NCBI GenBank assembly: GCA_002792165.1
Contig: PFNV01000040.1
Span: forward strand, 1 to 57,996
Length of the DNA: 57,996 nt
Source: Candidatus Tagabacteria bacterium CG_4_10_14_0_2_um_filter_40_13
GTDB lineage: Bacteria > Patescibacteriota > Minisyncoccia > GCA-002779875
Direction: 5' to 3'
Positions 57,023 through 57,996 of this stretch are shown piece by piece (within the stretch, counting starts at the first letter, position 1; the number at the start of each line of letters is the position of its first letter). The position numbers and the translations under genes are program-made. Under the pieces are notes generated by a model that searched no databases, was not told the DNA's origin, and saw only the letters and a list, made by a program, of their open reading frames with translations.

Positions 57023-57996
57023 TTAAGCGTTAAACCTAGTTCAGTAAGCGCCTGCTTAATCTGGTCTACGGCTTTTTTGCCTACGCCTTCAATTTCCAAA
57101 AGATCGCTTTCTTTTTTTCTGGTTAGTCCGCCGATCGACCTTATTCCGGCGGCGGAAAGCGCGCTAGAAACGCGGCCGGAAAGTTTTAAATCTTCAATTC
57201 GCGTCTTCAAGGTTTCAGTTTCCGGAGCGCCTCCCTCTTTTTTCTCGGATTTTTCATTATCAATTTCTTCAGTCTCTTCTAAGGCTTCTTCAACTTCTTT
57301 TTCTTTTGAAGAAATTTCTTCGGCTTTTGCGGCAATACCGCCAACTGCTTCTAATTGTTTTATTGTAATTTTAATCGCCTGATCCAACGCGTCGGCCGGA
57401 CTTATGCTTCCATCTGTTTCTATGACGAAACGAAGACGATTATAATCCGTGCGATCGCCCACGCGCATATTTTCCACTTCGTAATTTACTCTTCTGATCG
57501 GGGTGAAAACCGCATCCAATAACAAAGTTCCGATATCTACTTTTTCTTTTTGCAGGGCTTCGCGGGGAACATAACCTAATCCTTTTTCTACGGTCAATTC
57601 AAATTTCAGCTTCGCGTCTTTGGTCGTTAAAGTCGCTATCGACAATTCTTTATTCAAAATTTCTACCTGGCTGGGCGCTTCCAAATCTTTTGCGGTAATT
57701 TTTTTTTGCCCTTTTGCGGACAATGTAACGGTTTGAGGTTCATCGCCGTAAAGCTTAAATCTAAGCTGTTTAAGATTCAAAAGAATAAGGATAACATCCT
57801 CTTTTACACCAGGAATAGTCGAAAATTCATGGCTTACGCCATCGATTTTGACGGCCGTAGCCGCTACGCCGGGGAGGGAGGAAAGAAGAACGCGCCTTAA
57901 CGCATTGCCAAAAGTATATCCGTAACCGGCATAAAGACCGTCGATTTCATATATTCCCTTAGTGCCCTCTTCCAAAACAGCTCTGGGCTTTGATGG
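57019..57996 (-). CDS. rpoA: RNA polymerase alpha subunit (start lies beyond the window end)
   Basis: GYG.T.GNALRRVLLSSLPG, HEFSTIPGVKED, DAVFTP, VENMRVG motifs and CTD. Confidence 0.97.
   Translation of the reverse strand, partial: PSKPRAVLEEGTKGIYEIDGLYAGYGYTFGNALRRVLLSSLPGVAATAVKIDGVSHEFSTIPGVKEDVILILLNLKQLRFKLYGDEPQTVTLSAKGQKKITAKDLEAPSQVEILNKELSIATLTTKDAKLKFELTVEKGLGYVPREALQKEKVDIGTLLLDAVFTPIRRVNYEVENMRVGDRTDYNRLRFVIETDGSISPADALDQAIKITIKQLEAVGGIAAKAEEISSKEKEVEEALEETEEIDNEKSEKKEGGAPETETLKTRIEDLKLSGRVSSALSAAGIRSIGGLTRKKESDLLEIEGVGKKAVDQIKQALTELGLTLK

Noticed and set aside
1..57996. Alternative genetic code (UGA=Gly, code 25)
   Set aside because: Conserved genes are full-length under code 11, and TGA terminates genes such as murA, greA and ftsI.

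Overview
A gene-dense, AT-rich chromosomal segment that looks like a Patescibacteria/CPR (Parcubacteria-like) genome; TGA is used as stop, so standard code 11. Most of it is housekeeping: secDF, def/fmt, murA-mreB-holB-frr-rseP-proS-mreBC-mrdA, greA-lysS, a split dcw cluster (mraZ-rsmH-ftsL-ftsI-murF on +; mraY-[D-aminoacylase-like]-ftsW-murG on -), recR-dnaB-cysS, gltX, scpAB, grpE-dnaK-dnaJ, rpoA-rplQ-rplM-rpsI, plus tRNA-Glu(CTC) and tRNA-Lys(TTT). Five things stand out. (1) Several families of 25-40 bp AT-rich palindromes bracket small accessory genes: each of two PaaX/Cas2-like genes has its own pair of GATC-centred palindromes, and a SET-domain gene and a LAGLIDADG-like remnant also have palindromic borders. 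(2) Short GC-rich palindromes sit in-frame inside five conserved genes (MBL hydrolase, fmt, gltX, scpA, dnaK). (3) Three genes appear collapsed by internal deletion (nucleotidyltransferase, LAGLIDADG-like, aspS). (4) Two small proteins below the ORF-track cutoff have their own Shine-Dalgarno and terminator. (5) DnaA boxes cluster in the mraZ promoter. All family calls are by motif recognition only; no database search was run.
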